Source: Paraspadella gotoi
Lineage: Eukaryota > Animalia > Chaetognatha
Direction: 5' to 3'
Length of the DNA: 52,438 bases
NCBI GenBank assembly: GCA_051294375.1
Contig: CM119268.1
Coordinates: 22,101,640 to 22,154,077, forward strand
The position numbers were made by a program, and so were the translations under genes. The notes under the pieces were generated by a model, which worked only from the letters and a program-made list of their open reading frames with translations, was not told where the DNA came from and did not search any database. Shown piece by piece: positions 22,563 through 34,584 of the stretch (the first letter of the stretch is position 1; each line of letters begins with the position of its first letter).

Positions 22563-23126
22563 CTATCTAGGAAAAAATATATAACATAATTCATTTATTC
22601 AATAAAAAATATACAAAACATGGGTAAAACATTTTTAATATTTGGTATGCCCTTCCTCGGCATCGACTACTACCTGCATTTGTATGGGCATGCTCTCATA
22701 CAGCAAATTAAGGTATGACAGTGAAATGTTTTTTCACATCTTTAACGAAATTCTTTTCAAACTCGATGTTGATGTTGCATGTCTTTCTTTCTTTTTAAAA
22801 GGTATAATAACATTTTTTTTAAACCAAAAAAAGATGCAGGGCCTTTCCCATTGCTAAATTAAAACAAAAAATAAAAAAAATAACTAACTCTATTCGAAAT
22901 AAAAATGGCGGAAAACTAAATATAATTTTTTTTTGCTATTTTTCATATGAAGTAACAATATTTTTTGGCCTGTAACTTTTAAACGATTTGACCTACAAAA
23001 AAATAGAAGGAAGCGAATGAAAGAAAATTCAACGTAGATCCGGAAACACTCTTATTTTTTTTAAATCAAACAGGTTTTCGAATAGATATCCTTTATTAAA
23101 AATGTTATATGCTTTTTCCTAGATAG
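22563..23126 (-). mobile_element. Non-autonomous Tc1 element, copy 2 (diverged)
   Basis: TA|CTATCTAGGAAAAA...TTTTTCCTAGATAG|TA. The interior is the diverged reverse complement of 443-1053, including the GHTKY* end. Confidence 0.92.
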
Positions 23127-24139
23127 TATTTGAAATAAAAATCGTTGTCGAATTAAAATTCAAACACTAAAATATAATTTTAAATGTAATTACAGGATTT
23201 TTAGGTACACGTATACCCAAATTATTTTGGGTTGAACAGTGAACCGCTAACGTCGAAAGGAAATCGCAATAAAAAAGAAGATTCCAAACAAAATCGTTTT
23301 TTTTTCGCTTCTGCCCTCGAATCGCAGCTGGCGGCGTAGGGGGGGGGAAGTAAGAGAAAGGGAGCGTGGCGTGAGTGAGATGTGGGATGAGGGGAAAAGG
23401 GGTGAGTAGTGGGTGGCGGGTGGGGAAGAGAAAGAGATTGGACTTGTGTGGGAGATGAAAGATGAAAGATGAGATGAGAGATGTGCAATAAAGGAAGAGG
23501 GATGAGAAATGAGATGTGATAAAAGATGCGGTATCACAGATTGAGAGAGAAGGATTCAAAGATGAGGAATGAGTGATGATAAATGAGAGATAAGAGATGT
23601 CAGAAAGCTGTGAGAATGCTGTGAGAGAAAAGCTAAGAAATCAGAAAAGAGAAACTATTGTGAATTTGATGTGATGCTTTTTTGCTCCAATGAAACCCGT
23701 CAATTTTTGTTCTCCGTTTAGAGTTTGAAGTCTGACAAGTTTGTCAATTTTGTCTCTTGTGTTTTGATCAGTCGAGTTTATAAAAGAAAACAAAATTATT
23801 CCATTAGATTTTTCCTCATTTTTTTTCCTGTCAATTTTATCAAATCTGATATCTTTATATGGAGTATATGTACATAGAAAAAAGTTTTTATATTAAACGT
23901 TTTATGATATAATAAAAAATAGAATCTATATACTGCTAGTTTCACATTTTTACCATCTCATTCTTCATTCCTTTTTATGACAAGTTAAATTAAAAGTTTA
24001 AAAGTGATTAAGTAATTAAAAGCTAATTTCCTGTCATATCTGATAATTTTGGTCGAGTATCCTTTCTAAAGAGACTTGGCACTTGACTGTTCGGCCTCGG
24101 GAGCCGATCATATCATTATTAACTCAGAGATGCTTCAAA

Positions 24140-24207
<68 letters not shown>

Positions 24208-24211
24208 ACAG

Positions 24212-24348
24212 GGTAAACTGCTGCATCTGCTTCGTTCGTCGTCCAAATCCCGACGACGACGACGACAACAACAACAACGACAACAACGACATCGAGAGAT
24301 TAGGGGAATCGATGAGAGAGAGGAAGAGGAGGATGAGGAATGAAGGAG
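24212..24348 (+). CDS. Probable gene B exon 11 (cytoplasmic, Cys cluster)
   Basis: (CT)n tatacag|...|gtagga, phase 2/1: VNCCICFVRRPNPDDDDDNNNNDNNDIERLGESMRERKRRMRNEG. Confidence 0.6.
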
Positions 24349-24918
24349 GTAGGAGATTGATTGATTGATTGATTGATTTAGTGATTGATTGATTGATTTA
24401 TTTAGTGATTGATTGATCTATTTAATTGATTGATCTATTGATTGATTGATATAGTGATTGATTGATTGACTGATTTAGTGATTGATTGAATAATTGTTTT
24501 ATTGATTGATTAAAGGATTTAGTGATTAATTGATCGATTTAATTGAATGAATTATTGATTGATTGATTAAACTATTAAACTATTCATTTATTTTTCTATT
24601 AATTGATTAATTGCTATCTATCTATTGAAAGATTGATTTAATTTATTGGTCGGTTAATTGATTGATTGATTAATTGATTTATTGATTGAACGATCGATTG
24701 ATTTACTGATTAGTTTATTAATTAACTGATTGATTGATGGATTCATTGATTGATTGATCGATTGATTTTCTCCTTAGTTTAATAATTGTCTGATTGATTG
24801 ATGGATTCATTGATTGATTGATCGATTGATTTACTGATTAGTTTATTAATTGACTGATTGATTGATGGACTTGATTTAATCGATTGGTTGATCTATCGAA
24901 TGATTGATTTCCTATCAG

Positions 24919-24993
24919 AATACGACGGCGACCCAAAGACTCGGCCCTCGATGATTCCCGATCCAATTTACGGTCAAGAAAAACATTTCGATG
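24919..24993 (+). CDS. Probable gene B exon 12
   Basis: cctatcag|...|gtaaaa, 75 nt, phase 1/1: EYDGDPKTRPSMIPDPIYGQEKHFD. Confidence 0.65.
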
Positions 24994-25155
24994 GTAAAAA
25001 CCGAAACAAAATATATAATAAATAATAAATAAACAAATTAAAAATTAAATAAATAAGCTAAGGAAAAAGAAATAACATCTTTGAGAGAGAAATGGTTTGT
25101 TTACTCTTTTCTACGTTTCTTCGTCTTTTCCAATTTTCTTTCCGTTTTTATTTTG

Positions 25156-25193
<38 letters not shown>

Positions 25194-25469
25194 TTATGCC
25201 CACGGCCAATCCCATTTTCGCATTTTTCTTTCACTCTTCCTCCTTCACTCTCTCACTCTCTGTCTCTTTCAACGTTTTTTGGATGGGTGAGTTTCTCCTC
25301 TTCTCTCTCTCTCTCCATCGCTCTCTCCTCCTCTCTCTCTCTCTCTCTTCCTCTCTCTCTCTCTCTGTCTCTCTCTCTCTCTCGTCTGTCTCTCTCTCTC
25401 TCTCTCTCTCTTCATCTCCATCTCTCTCTCTGCTCTCTCTCCTCTCATCCTCCCTCCCCTAAACAACAG

Positions 25470-25730
25470 ACCACCATCGAAACTTACCCCAAAGCATGCC
25501 CGCCAGACGCCGCCAGCACCAGCCTCACGCCTCTCCCCCTCATTCACCGCATCACCCCCAAGGGAAAGAGAGTCACGGGGACTCCACCCCCCTGACCAAC
25601 CACGCCATCTCACCCCACCCCCGCTCCCTCACCACGATCTCTCGGAGAAGAGCAGTATCGCAGTCTCTTTCCCCTCGCCTGGAGATGAGTCAACATCGCG
25701 GGGGATCGATTTCCACGCTTCACCGCTAGA
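25470..25730 (+). CDS. Possible gene B exon 13 (His/Pro-rich; 3' boundary uncertain)
   Basis: caacag| acceptor, phase 1: DHHRNLPQSMPARRRQHQPHASPPHSPHHPQGKESHGDSTP... GC-rich island between CT tracts; no clean donor seen. Confidence 0.4.
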
Positions 25731-26599
25731 TGTCTCTGTCTCCCGATCGCTCCCTCTCTGTCTTCTGATATCTGTCTCTGTCTCTCTGTCTCGCGATCTC
25801 TCTACGTCCTTTTGTTCTTTTCACGGTAATAATTATTTTAGAAGATATCTCTCTCTCTCTCTCTCTCTCTCTCTCNNNNNNNNNNNNNNNNNNNNNNNNN
25901 NNNNNNNNNNNNNNNNNNNNNNNNNNNNNNNNNNNNNNNNNNNNNNNNNNNNNNNNNNNNNNNNNNNNNNNNNNNNNNNNNNNNNNNNNNNNNNNNNNNN
26001 NNNNNNNNNNNNNNNNNNNNNNNNNNNNNNNNNNNNNNNNNNNNNNNNNNNNNNNNNNNNNNNNNNNNNNNNNNNNNNNNNNNNNNNNNNNNNNNNNNNN
26101 NNNNNNNNNACTTTTTCTGGTCACTCGATGAATTTTAAAAGTCTTCACAAACAAGTGTCTAAGCAGCTTGGTCGCTCCACCTTTTCACGATTGTGAAAAT
26201 TCAATCCTCTTACTTTTTCACAATCGAATTTTCTTATTTCATGTCATATGTCATATGTCATTTTCTTCGTTAGAATTTCATGTAATAAACTCACATTTTT
26301 TTTCTGTTCACCTTTTTGAAAATAGTTCTAATTCAACTTCACATTTTTAGAATCTTATATCCATATAAATGTGCTAAAACAATACGTTGTTTCTCTACTT
26401 ATTCGCGTCCATTTGCAAAAATTGCTTTTTTAAATCTGTTTCCTTATCGGACTTCCCGATACCATTATTCCATATGGCATTTCGTATTCCTGCATATCAT
26501 AATGGCATTAGCAGTGGCATTATGCTTTTCCATAAAAAAGCTACTCAGATGCCATTAGGACTTAGTATTTTTCAACTTTCACTTTGCTACGACGATTTT

Positions 26600-26860
26600 C
26601 TAAATCACCTTACGGCATTTCGTGCACCACTAGGGAATCCCATACTCCAAAACCACTTCATTGATGCTCTTACGGCATTGCGAACTCCCTCAGGGCATCC
26701 AATACCCTCTTACTACTATCAATATGCTTTAACGGCATTGCGAACTCCCTAAGGGCATCCAATACCCTCTAACTACTATCAATATGCTTTAACGACATTG
26801 CGAACTCCCTAAGGGCATCCCATACACTCTAACTTCTACAAATATGCACCAACGGCATTT
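26600..26860. repeat. 60-bp tandem repeat, about 4 copies
   Basis: Unit ACGGCATTGCGAACTCCCTAAGGGCATCCAATACCCTCTAACTACTATCAATATGCTTTA. Confidence 0.9.
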
Positions 26861-27295
26861 CTCCGTGCCATTGCGACTTCTCCCGGACCCAAAAAAAACT
26901 TGTTTTTCCCACTTCGTTTTAAAAAAATTTGAAACTTTAGACTTTTTCACTTTTTTTGGGTGAAAAAGGAAAAAAAGACGATGTTTTTGAAAACGCCTCT
27001 TTGCGGTTGTTATCGTCGTTGTCGTCGTCGTCGTCGTCGTCGTTTTTGTCGTCGTCGTCTTTGTCGTCGTCGTGGTCGTCTTCTCTACTTTAGAGTTGTG
27101 TACATCGTTTCCTTTTTTTTCATCTTGTTATTTTTGTCGTCAACTTTATTGCTCCATTCCTCGTCCTTTTTGCTCCTCAACATTTTTTTTGGTTGTTATC
27201 GTCATTTTCGTCGTCGTCGTCGTCGTTGTCGTCGTCGTCGTAGATCTTCAATGTTCATTAAAATTCTATCCAAAAAATCGAAAATCGATGGAACA

Positions 27296-27388
27296 ATTAA
27301 AATTAAAATTAAAATTAAAATTAAAATTAAAATTAAAATTAAAATTAAAATTAAAATTAAAATTAAAATTAAAATTAAAATTAAAATT
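27296..27388. repeat. (AAAATT)n hexamer array
   Basis: About 15 perfect units. Confidence 0.95.
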
Positions 27389-27721
27389 TCGTCAAATTTT
27401 CGAAATAAAAAAAATCGATTCCTTAATTTCCCCTTCTTCTTCTCTCCTTTTTTCCCTCCCTTTCGTCTTCTCCCCTTCTTCCTCTCCCCCTCTTCCTCTC
27501 TCCTTTTTTCTTTCTCTTTTTCGTCTTCCTCCCCTTCTTCCTCTCCCCCTCTTCCTCTCTTCCTTTTTCCTCTCCCTTTCGTCTCCTCCCTTTATTCCTC
27601 TCCCTCTCCCCTTCTCCCTCCCCTTTCGTCTTCTCCTTCTCTTTCTCCTCTGTTTTCCCCTTTTATCTTCTTCCTCTCCTAATATCTTACTTCCTTTCCT
27701 CTCTCTCTTCTCTCTCTCTCT

Positions 27722-27771
<50 letters not shown>

Positions 27772-27879
27772 ACCATCCTTTGCCCCTCCTCACTTTCTCC
27801 TTCTCTCTCCCCTCCTTATATTCCTCCCCCTCCTCCCCTTCTCCCTCTCTCTCCCCCTCCCACCCTCTCTCCCCACCAG

Positions 27880-28486
27880 GCAAATATCCCGCAGCGAAAA
27901 AGGCTACGACGACTATTACGACTACAGTAGAGGGAAAAGGAGCTACGAAGAGGGTCAGGGGAGCAATTATCACGATCAGAGGAGCTACGAAAAGGGACAA
28001 GAGACCCTCCTTCAATATGCTGAAGGAAGATCAGTGGATCTACAGGCCGGCCACCCTTCAATCGGGCACACTTCCACGGGGCACCACACTTCCTGGGGAC
28101 ATCGATATCACCCTCATCATCATCATCATCATCAGCATCGTCATCATCCGGATGATGATGATCATCATCACTATCACGATTTGGACGAGGAACATTATCT
28201 TTATCACCTTCATCACGGTCACATTCACGACGAATATTATGAAGACGAAGAGGACGATTATCACGACGAAAAATACGACGAAGACGAATATTACGACGAA
28301 GAATACGACGAAGAATACGACGATCGCTGTCAGCATCATCATCATCTGCAACATCAACTTCACTCTCACCCCGTGATGGAGAGCGAGGATGGATCCGTGA
28401 AGAAATTTCACATTCACGCTGGAGAAGAGAGAATCAAAGATGTGAGAATGAGTCGAGGAGGAAGTCACATCTCCATCGTCATGAGA

Positions 28487-28531
<45 letters not shown>

Positions 28532-30390
28532 AAAGTGGGCATGGCGCCTTTAGAAGAATCGACGCCGGTCCAAGCGTCGCCCATCGAGCCGTTGGCACAA
28601 ATCGCGCCGGAAATGGAACCGACTATCGGCGGCGTCGTCGCCGTCGGCGTCGGTTCACGTCCCACGAGCGCCACCTCTCGTCGTTCGATCACCTCTCTCG
28701 TCGGCGGCGCCGTTTTGCCTTCTGTGGAGGTGGTGGACAAGGAGGTGGAGAAGGAGGAGGAGGAGGAGGAGGAGGAGGAGAAGAAGTTGGGAGGAAGTCC
28801 CAAGTTGATTCTCGTTGAAGGAGGAAGAGGAGAGGAAGAGAAGGAGAAGGAGGTCGTCAAAGTCCCCGAGAAGAAGTCTTCCTCCAAGCCCTCCTCCACT
28901 TCCTCCAAGCCCTCCTCAACTTCTTCCAAGCCCTCCTCCACTTCCTCCAAGCCCTCCTCCACTTCCTCCTCCACTGGATCCAAAGTCGGCGTCTCCAAGC
29001 CGCTCGTCAAGAGTCGCTCCTCCGTCGAGGAGACGAAGCCAAACGCCTCCCCCAAGACGAAGGCGCCGGTCGAGGAGACGAAAAAGACGCCGACGAAAAC
29101 GACGCCCAAAAAGAACGCCGTTTCCAAGAGTCCCGTCAAAAACGACGCCGCGAACAAAAAGAAAAAACCGGGGAAAGATGCGAACAAAAAGGAGAACAAA
29201 GTTGCGAACAAAGATGCGATCAAAGATGCGAACAAAGAAGTTGCGGAATCTAAACCAAAGTCGCCGAACAAAATCCCAATTCAGATTCCATACGACGAGC
29301 CATTGGAGGTTGCGGAGGATGCAGTCAAAGAGGTTCCTGTGGAGGATGCAGTCAAAGAGGTTGCTGTGGAGGATGCAGTCAAAGAGCTTCTCCTATTGGG
29401 ACCGGCGGAAGATCAATCCACCAATGAAGTCCAAAAGCAAATGGATTCTCGGAAAAAGTCCCCGACGCCGACTGAAGTAAAACCGGGCGAAAGAGTTGAT
29501 CAAGTGTTGCCGCAACTCGACTCGACGGAAGAAGCAGCGGAGAATCGAGAGATGGAAGGCGTCGATCGAATGGAGGCACAACCTGATCAAGTGGATGGTG
29601 AAGACGAAGCTGAGATACAGAGAATTCCGAGTCCGAGGATTGAGAAATCGGAAATGGCGGGAAAAGTGGAGGAGAAATCGGAGATCCCGTTAGTAAAAGA
29701 GGAAGTGACGGTGAAAGAAGAGTTCCCGGTAGAAGTAGCAGTCCCGACAGAACAGGAGTCTCCGGTAGAAGTACAGATCGCGAAAAGCCCAGATCTTCCA
29801 GTTGACGCCACTCCGGTTGTGCAAGACTCCCATATAGCGATTGAGAATCCTGAGAAAATCATCACTCCGGTTGCGAGAAAAGAGTCGCCAATTGGTCGAG
29901 ACACTCCGGTTGAATTCTCGCCTCCTTCGGACAACCTCGTTCCTCCACTGGAATCGGTCGAGCCGCCTCGACCTTCGGAGTCTCCTCCATCGCGACCCGC
30001 CAAATATCCGCCTCTTCAACTGGAACCGCCCGTCGAAATGCCCATCGCGGATGAGCCCGATAAATCGCCCGAGTTGGTCGTGCCCGCCTCAGAGGTTCCA
30101 GCCGAAGATCCTCCAGTCGAAGACTCGCCTCTGCCGGAACCGTCTCAAGATCCTTCTCGCCACGACCTTGTTGAAGATCCTCCATCGAAAAACCCCGAAA
30201 AAGCCGATTCCCCGGAACGCGTCGCCGAGTCTCCTTCACCGCCTCCGCCTCCTCGTTCGCCGTCGCCGCCGCCGCCGCGGCCGAGCAGCGAAGCGGCCGA
30301 AGCAGCGGCCGCTGCCGCTGACGACGACGTCGACTCCCGACGAAGATTCAGTTACGAAATCTCAAACTTCGGCTCCGACGAAGACGACGA

Positions 30391-30421
<31 letters not shown>

Positions 30422-30610
30422 TTCAGCGACGACGACACCGACGACGATAGCGACGACGAAGGCATCGCCATCCAGTCGACGCCTCGAACGCGAAAACCTT
30501 CGCCAGAGTCGATGAACGAAGTCTTCGTCGGACTGCAGCGGATCGTCAACAAGGTCTACTACGACACCTCGGACAAGAAGAAGGTCTTGGAGGATCAGTG
30601 GCTCATACAG
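27880..30610 (+). CDS. Giant 2.73-kb exon: His/Asp/Tyr block plus disordered Glu/Lys/Pro/Ser-rich region (probable gene B exon 14)
   Basis: ccaccag| acceptor and cag|gtgggg donor. About 910 uninterrupted codons in the frame of ORF 28034. Internal repeats SSKPSST x4 and EDAVKE x3. Confidence 0.88.
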
Positions 30611-31015
30611 GTGGGGGGTTGTGGGGGAAGGTTGGCCCGGGTTTGGGGTCGGGAAATGGGGCGGCTGGGGATGTGGAAAGTTGGGGGGAGGCTGGGGAAA
30701 GGCTGGGGAGAGGGGCGGCTGGAGATGTGGAAAGGTTGTGAGGGAGGCTGGGGAAAGGCTGGGGAGAGGGGCGGCTGAGATGGGGATGGGGATTTGGGAA
30801 AAAGCTGGAGAGAAGGGGAGCTCCTAGGGGGAACGGGAAAAGGGAAAAAACAAAATTGGATTATTACGGAGGCCAGACATACAGATATGGAGACAGAAAG
30901 ATAGACACAGGGGCATACAGACAAACGATATTCAGGGCAGGCAGGCAAAAAATATAGAACAGACAGGCAGAATGACAAGTTCTTAACTGTCCCTTCCCCG
31001 ATTTTTCTTCTTCAG

Positions 31016-31174
31016 ATCCGTTTGGGCAGTCTTCGCTCGAATCCTCCCAAAGGCGCCCACATCGCCAACATGGCCAGCCTCTGGAAGATGTCCAAGATGT
31101 ATCCCGTTGACGAGGACATCCATCATCGGGGCTTCGACACCCGCAGCGTGGGGACCAGAGGATCGTCGGAGAAG
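31016..31174 (+). CDS. Exon following the giant exon
   Basis: ttcttcag|...|gtggaa, 159 nt, phase 0/0: IRLGSLRSNPPKGAHIANMASLWKMSKMYPVDEDIHHRGFDTRSVGTRGSSEK. Confidence 0.8.
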
Positions 31175-31729
31175 GTGGAAGGTGGAGGGGGAAATGATTT
31201 TGGTTTGATTGGTTGAATGGTTTTATGTTATATGTTATATGGATAAATAGTGGAGATTGTCGATCGAAATGAGTTTGAGAATAACTTTAATTTACATTAG
31301 TCGAAAAGAAAAACATTTCAAACAATACTTTAAACTTTAAAGGAAAGAATGAAGGAATAAAACAATGAAGGAAATGAAAGAATGAAAGAATGAAAGAATG
31401 AAAGAATTAAGGAAGGAAAGAACGAAGGAATGAAAGAATGAAAGTTTTCAAAAATCAATTTATTTCTTAAATCATACAACTTATGTTGTCTCAAATCTAA
31501 TTCTTGATCTAAATCCAAACTTTAACCATTTAAAAATTACAAATATCAAAATGAATCTCGATTCAACTTTTAAATCCAAAATTTCAACCGAGATCTAAAT
31601 CCGAATTTCAAACATAAATATAAATTTAAAAATAACAACCTCAATCCGCATTCAATTTTAAATTCACAATTTAAATCTTCCCGCTTTTTTTTTAACCCAA
31701 AATCGATTGATCTTTTTTTTTTCCGCCAG

Positions 31730-32008
31730 GCGTCGACGCGTTTAGTTCCCGCGATTCTCAAACCCAGGAAGCCTCTAATTTACACCCACAAAAAGGAGCG
31801 AGCCGACAAAACCGACAAAAGGGGAGAGGAAGACAAATCCGAGGAGACCGACAAGAGGGAGCGAGCCGACAAAAAGGAAGGAGCTGACAAAAGGGTCGGC
31901 GGAGGAGTGGAGAGAAAGAAGAGACGGAAATCCGCTCAGAGCCTTAAACATGTCGGCAAAAATAAGACCGACAAACCGAAAAACGATTCCATGTCGGGCA
32001 AAGTTTAA
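31730..32008 (+). CDS. Terminal exon (charged tail)
   Basis: (T)n ccgccag| acceptor, phase 0: ASTRLVPAILKPRKPLIYTHKKERADK...KKRRKS...NDSMSGKV*. Confidence 0.78.
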   Translation, partial: ASTRLVPAILKPRKPLIYTHKKERADKTDKRGEEDKSEETDKRERADKKEGADKRVGGGVERKKRRKSAQSLKHVGKNKTDKPKNDSMSGKV

Positions 32009-32047
32009 TTGTTTTTTTAGGGGGTTTTTGTAGTGGGAGGGAGGAGG

Positions 32048-32754
32048 CGGCATTATTTTACGAAACCGACCCATTTCTGTTACTAATCTTTGAAGTTAAT
32101 ATCAATTCTGATATATAATTCTAATATCTTACAGAATTAATTCTTAAGCCTAAACCCCAATTCTAATCCTTAAGACAAATCCTTAACCCTAACTCTAATC
32201 ATGAAGACTAATCCTTAACCTCAACTCTAATCATTAAGACTAATCCGTAACCCCAACTCTAATCATTAAGACTAATCCCTAACCCTATCTCTAATCCTTA
32301 AGACTAATCATTAACCATATCTCTAATCTTTAAAACTAATGCTTAACCCCAACTCTAATCCTTAAGACTAATCCTTAATCCTAACTCGAATCCTTAAGAC
32401 TAATCTTTAACCCCAACTCTAATCCTTAAGACTAATCCGTAACCCTATCTCTAATCCTTAAGACTAATTGTTAACCCTATCTCTAATCTTTAAAACTAAT
32501 GCTTAACCCCAACTCTAATCTTAAAGACTAATGCTTAATCCTAACTCGAATCCTTAAGACTAATCCTTAACCCCAACTCTAATCCTTAAGACTAATCCTT
32601 AACCCTATCTCTAATCCTTAAGACTTATCTTTAACCTCAATTCCTAATGTTATTCCCTAACCCTAATAACTTATCAAATCCTAAAAGTAAAACATTCAAA
32701 TTAATTTAATTCTAAATTTACACTGAAATTGGGCGCCTTCGGAACATACGGCCG
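32048..32754. mobile_element. MITE-like element with imperfect ~30-bp TIRs enclosing a 32-bp telomere-like tandem array
   Basis: CGGCATTATTTTACGAAACCGACCCATTTC ... GAAATTGGGCGCCTTCGGAACATACGGCCG. Internal unit AACCCCAACTCTAATCCTTAAGACTAATCCTT. Confidence 0.6.
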
Positions 32755-33222
32755 AGAAATCTTAGAATATATAGAAAGTTTGAGGGAAGAATCATTTGTG
32801 TGTTGAACAAATTGTTATTTGATCATAAACTCTTTAACGAGTGAGACAAAGAAATTTGTTTTTTTTATTAATTCACGTGTAACATCAATTATATACAATC
32901 ATACAATCATATGTATACATACCGAGTGTGAAATAACATGCTTTGCCGTAATCTGTTTGTTTGTTTTCATTCTAATTCGAAAATCTTACTTAACAAAAAC
33001 AGAGAATAAGCTAATGTCTGAGACAATTCGAAATATGTAGTACTAGTTGCAAAGAATCTATTCGCTTTTTTAGTGTAGTATAGAATACCGTACTCTAAAA
33101 TGTCTTGATGCCCCTTTGTACCAATTACTGTGTATATTGTTCAAAGAATAATTTCGTTAACTTTGAACATTAAATAAAACAATACTTCATAATTGATTTA
33201 GATTTTTAATTTTTAAGGAGAC

Positions 33223-33333
<111 letters not shown>

Positions 33334-33622
33334 TCGGATTTTTTTCTTTATATAGTTTAGATATTTTCTTTTGTTTAAAACATTAATTTTTATTAGAAAC
33401 AATGAATGAACTTTGGTTATAAAATACATCGCGAATAATTTGAAAAACTAAACCGAGTAGGACATAAAATGAGAAATAAAATTCGTTATAAAAAACTTTT
33501 AAAGACATAAAAAGGACATAAATTTCACTCAACTTTAAAAGATCTCTTGAAGAAGGATTTTAACTTTTAAGCTTTCGTGAAGTTTTAAGTCTTATCTGTG
33601 AAAAAAATATCTTCACTTATGT

Positions 33623-34458
33623 AAAACAAGAACGGTGATTCCAATGTGTTGCGCTACAGGGACTTTATTTTCACGTATATTTCCTTTTGTCATATGACAT
33701 GACATGATATTACATTACTATAATGTTAGGACCGCCGGTCCGTCCCTCCAGAAAAACGCCCCGAGAATCTTTGATTCGAGGAACTTCTATCGGCGAGCCG
33801 CTTCGGTCGTTCGGGGAAACCTTCAAAGGCAAGAATTGGCGGCCGGAGTGGATCACGAAGAATATCAAACAGTTTATCTTTTAATCTTTGAGTTTCTGAA
33901 GAATTCTTAAAAAAGGTACCTTAATAAAATAATCAAAGCATATAGATATTCAAACAGTACACAAAAAATAATATCAAATAATTATTTAAACGTTCAAAAG
34001 AATTACAATGAATTATATAAAAAAACGTAAGGATTCAGACGCAATGAATAATAACTGAAAAAATACTGAATTTCGACAAAATATACTGAATCACGACGAT
34101 GACGAATGTAGAGAAAAGATCATAAATAAACGTAAATCCTTGTGACGACATAATAAAGTTTAAACACAGATATCCATTTGTGAGTCTTTGGATCTAACAA
34201 TAAAACTTTCTTAGCCCTTGTATTTATGACATGCACTGCATCGAAATTTTGTCTTTTATTCCTTATAGTTTTAAGATTTTCTGTAGCGCGCGCTGCAGTC
34301 CTTTAGTTTTGAGGTTTTTTCCTATCTTTACAATAGACTATCAACTATATGGAAGTTATGAACTTTTTAACGTAAATGGGACAGACCGATTGACAGACAT
34401 ACCGACAGACCGACTAACCAAAAAGTGACTACGAGTACTTGCGGCGCCAACTAAAAAA
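33623..34458 (+). mobile_element. DINE-1/Helentron-like element, copy 3, interrupted by a solo LTR
   Basis: AACAAGAACGGTGATTCCAATGTGTTGCGC...; removing the insert and one TSD restores the family sequence. GACAGACCGA microsatellite and 3' GAGTACTTGCGGCGCCAAC. Confidence 0.7.
33724..34199 (+). mobile_element. Solo LTR (476 bp)
   Basis: TGTTAG...CTAACA terminal inverted hexamer, 4-bp TSD ATAA (33720-33723, 34200-34203), AATAAA motifs near the 3' end. Confidence 0.85.
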
Positions 34459-34584
34459 GAGGAAAGTCTTTTTCACGAGAAAAGAAACAAAAAAAGTTTT
34501 TTCAAAAAAAAGAAGAGACTAAAAAAGTCAAAAGTTGTCGACCAAGATGCTTTGGCTTCGATCTCCCAACATAGAAAATGTCAC

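Larger units (their letters stand above)
21667..23167 (+). mobile_element. Degenerate Penelope-like element 3' fragment with inverted pLTR end, interrupted by Tc1 copy 2
   Basis: Inverted repeat ~21700-21737 versus 23132-23170. Near-TSD TAAAATAAAATTTT (21653-21666) / TAAAATATAATTTT (23168-23181). Hammerhead-like motif, and a decayed ORF end SPIER...C.NC...FSTIMKNQKNY*YLQI resembling a GIY-YIG C-terminus. Confidence 0.6.

Noticed and set aside
30611-30778. Gly/Trp-rich C-terminus of the 914-aa ORF
   Set aside because: Read-through into a G-rich intron after the donor at 30611; the in-phase exon at 31016 is the better continuation.
31994-32008. C-terminal SGKV as a class I PDZ ligand
   Set aside because: Position -2 is Gly rather than Ser/Thr.
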